A DNA stretch of 64,000 nt from positions 23,438,001 through 23,502,000 of the forward strand of contig NW_024704742.1 of assembly GCF_018977255.1 (NCBI RefSeq), read 5' to 3'. The position numbers and the translations under genes were made by a program. The notes beneath the pieces were generated by a model. That model did not search any database and was not told the origin of the DNA. It saw nothing but the letters and a program-made list of their open reading frames with translations. Below are positions 61,991 to 64,000 of the stretch, piece after piece (positions within the stretch are counted from its first letter, which is position 1; every line of letters starts with the position of its first letter). Source of the stretch: Callorhinchus milii. Lineage: Eukaryota.

Positions 61991-64000
61991 AGTAAGATGG
62001 ACTGTGCATCTCTGTCTCTGTGTGTCTGTGAGTGTGTGTGTCTCTCTCTGTGTCTCTGAGTGCGTGTGTACGTGTGTCTCTCCCTCTGTCTGTGTTCGGT
62101 GCTGGGGCCTGAGAGCTCCTGTAGCCTCACTGGTGTCAACCAATAAAAGTATCATTGAGTAATCAGAGACAGGAATGTTAGCTTTAAGTGGTCAATTCTT
62201 TTTTTAAAAAGTATATTGACAACAGTTGAGCAGGTGGACCATCATACAGTATTGTACACATATCGCTCCAATTGTTCAACCCATTTGATAGCAGCTAACA
62301 CTGGAAAGTGATATTTGATTTTTTTGACAGGTGTTGGTTGAAAATACAAGCAGAATGAGCTGGATATCATTCTATTTGAAGCTAACAATCTGAACCAGAA
62401 AGCGTCAACATCTTCACAATGACGTGTTGTACACATAGTATAGTTTGTTTTAAGAACTCATAAATATTCCATTACAGATATAAATGGTTGGCACAGCCCT
62501 GAAGCAGAGAGGGCGCTTACAATAAAAGGCAGCATTGCTGCATTTTCAGCTCTCACATAACTCAAGCGTCACCCAGAACAGCACACTGTCAACCAATCCA
62601 TCCAATTACTTCTCCAGTATAGCAAACTTATTCCTGTTTTTAAAGTTTAACTATTGCAGACATATAGTCCATACATAAAGGAGAGATTTTTAACACTGGG
62701 AGGGGGTGGGGGAGGAAGAGGCAAGAGTCTCATAACTATCCTTGAGCATTACAATTAAAAATGGGATTGTTACATTATTGTACTCGAGATATTAATGACA
62801 AAAAAGTAAAGATTTTAATGCATCCACTTGTTCAGTTAATCTAAGGGGTAGCGAAATTTACATGCTCACCATAGATTTATGGAATTAACTAAATTTATAG
62901 GAACAAAAACAGCTTCCACTACATTTCAAGTGCCAGAAGGAACATGTTTCTTACTAGGTCAAAATATTAACATCTGTCTCAATAAAGCAACTATTGAAGT
63001 ATAGAGTGAACAAAATCATCAGGGAAAAAACAGGAATATTCACATGGGTTAAAGATATTTATTTTATACAAGCAATTTGGATTGCCGTAATAAACAGTTT
63101 CAAATTAACTACAGTTGAATAAGGCTCAAAAGGTTTAAACACTGCAAACTATAAATAGCTGAGCAAAAATCAGAATCCTCAAGTGCTTCTTCACAATATT
63201 TACTGTGGCACATTGCAAAATCCACATATCATAAAGTATATATCTGGCAGATTACCTACCTCAGTAAGGCCCTACCAAATCATCAACCTGAGAAAATAAG
63301 AACATTTCCCGAAAATAGGAACATTATCCAAAAGGAATGTTCGGATGTCCTCACTCACATTGTATCATACAACCCATCAAGTCCCTCATCATTTGGAACC
63401 CCATCCAGGATTCCAGTCTCATCAAAACAAAATGTGTGCCTTCTAGTGGGTAGTACCAGAAGAGTGTGATCTCAGAAAGGCTTTACACATTTATTTCCCC
63501 CTAATATTTTCAATGTGTACATCTTTAATTTGCTGGAGCAGGGCCTGCCTGAGAATCCAGACAAATTGATCAGGATCTAAAGTTATGACATGACAAGAAG
63601 CCTTTAGGGATGCAATGAAACTCTCTACTATAGTAAAATATTGAGAACACTTTAACGTGTTTAAAACCAGTCATCATTACCTTCACTAACTAGTGCCGCT
63701 GGCTTCTGTGATATAAATTTTTAAACAATGATTTTAAAACATGCTCTGTAAAAGCAAGAGCATCAAAGAACACAAAACGTTGAAAAGAAATACGTAGTAT
63801 TGGTTAAGGTAAAAGGCTGGGACAACATTTCTACAGTTTAGAAAAAAAACTAGCATGCTATGTGAAGGAAAATGTAATTAAGAGTTAAAGTCCAGGGAAT
63901 ATATCTATACCTTGGAGAAGTTGCAAGACGGTGCATTTCAATGTAATTTAATTCATCGTGATGTATTTATAAATAAACGTAAATTACCTCTTCTAAAATG

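Noticed and set aside
44750..64000. Search for the next upstream LRBA exon (..KHGAWG..) and for the exon after the MAB21L2 intron (..EGLHGKW..)
   Set aside because: Neither was found by eye. They are probably outside the window, but a missed short exon cannot be excluded without spliced alignment.

Overview
Vertebrate genomic DNA; the repeat families point to a cartilaginous fish, probably a chimaera/holocephalan (inference). The window is the LRBA/MAB21L2 nested locus. A complete, intronless MAB21L2 gene (+, ATG 10256 to TAG 11335, 359 aa) lies antisense inside an intron of LRBA (-). Three LRBA coding exons were found by hand: 44749-44625, 20536-20390 and 16219-16083. They have canonical AG/GT ends and join in frame through the region leading into the PH domain before BEACH. 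The left part (~1.9-23.3 kb) keeps its CpGs, has few transposons and carries very large G/C-skewed minisatellites. The right part (~26-62 kb) is AT-rich and CpG-poor, with decayed Deu-type SINE, L2, CR1 and LF-SINE-like copies. I found no new multi-gene system. The best leads are regulatory: (1) a possible UUG-initiated 19-aa N-terminal extension of MAB21L2; (2) a 30-bp tandem array giving five phased CCAAT boxes in its putative promoter; (3) oppositely oriented G-rich satellites sharing a GGTGAGGG core; (4) an LRBA splice acceptor preceded by 118 nt of adenosine-free (UG)n; (5) the broad CpG-retaining domain. Gene and repeat names come from remembered reference sequences, not database searches. 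Repeat boundaries are approximate.
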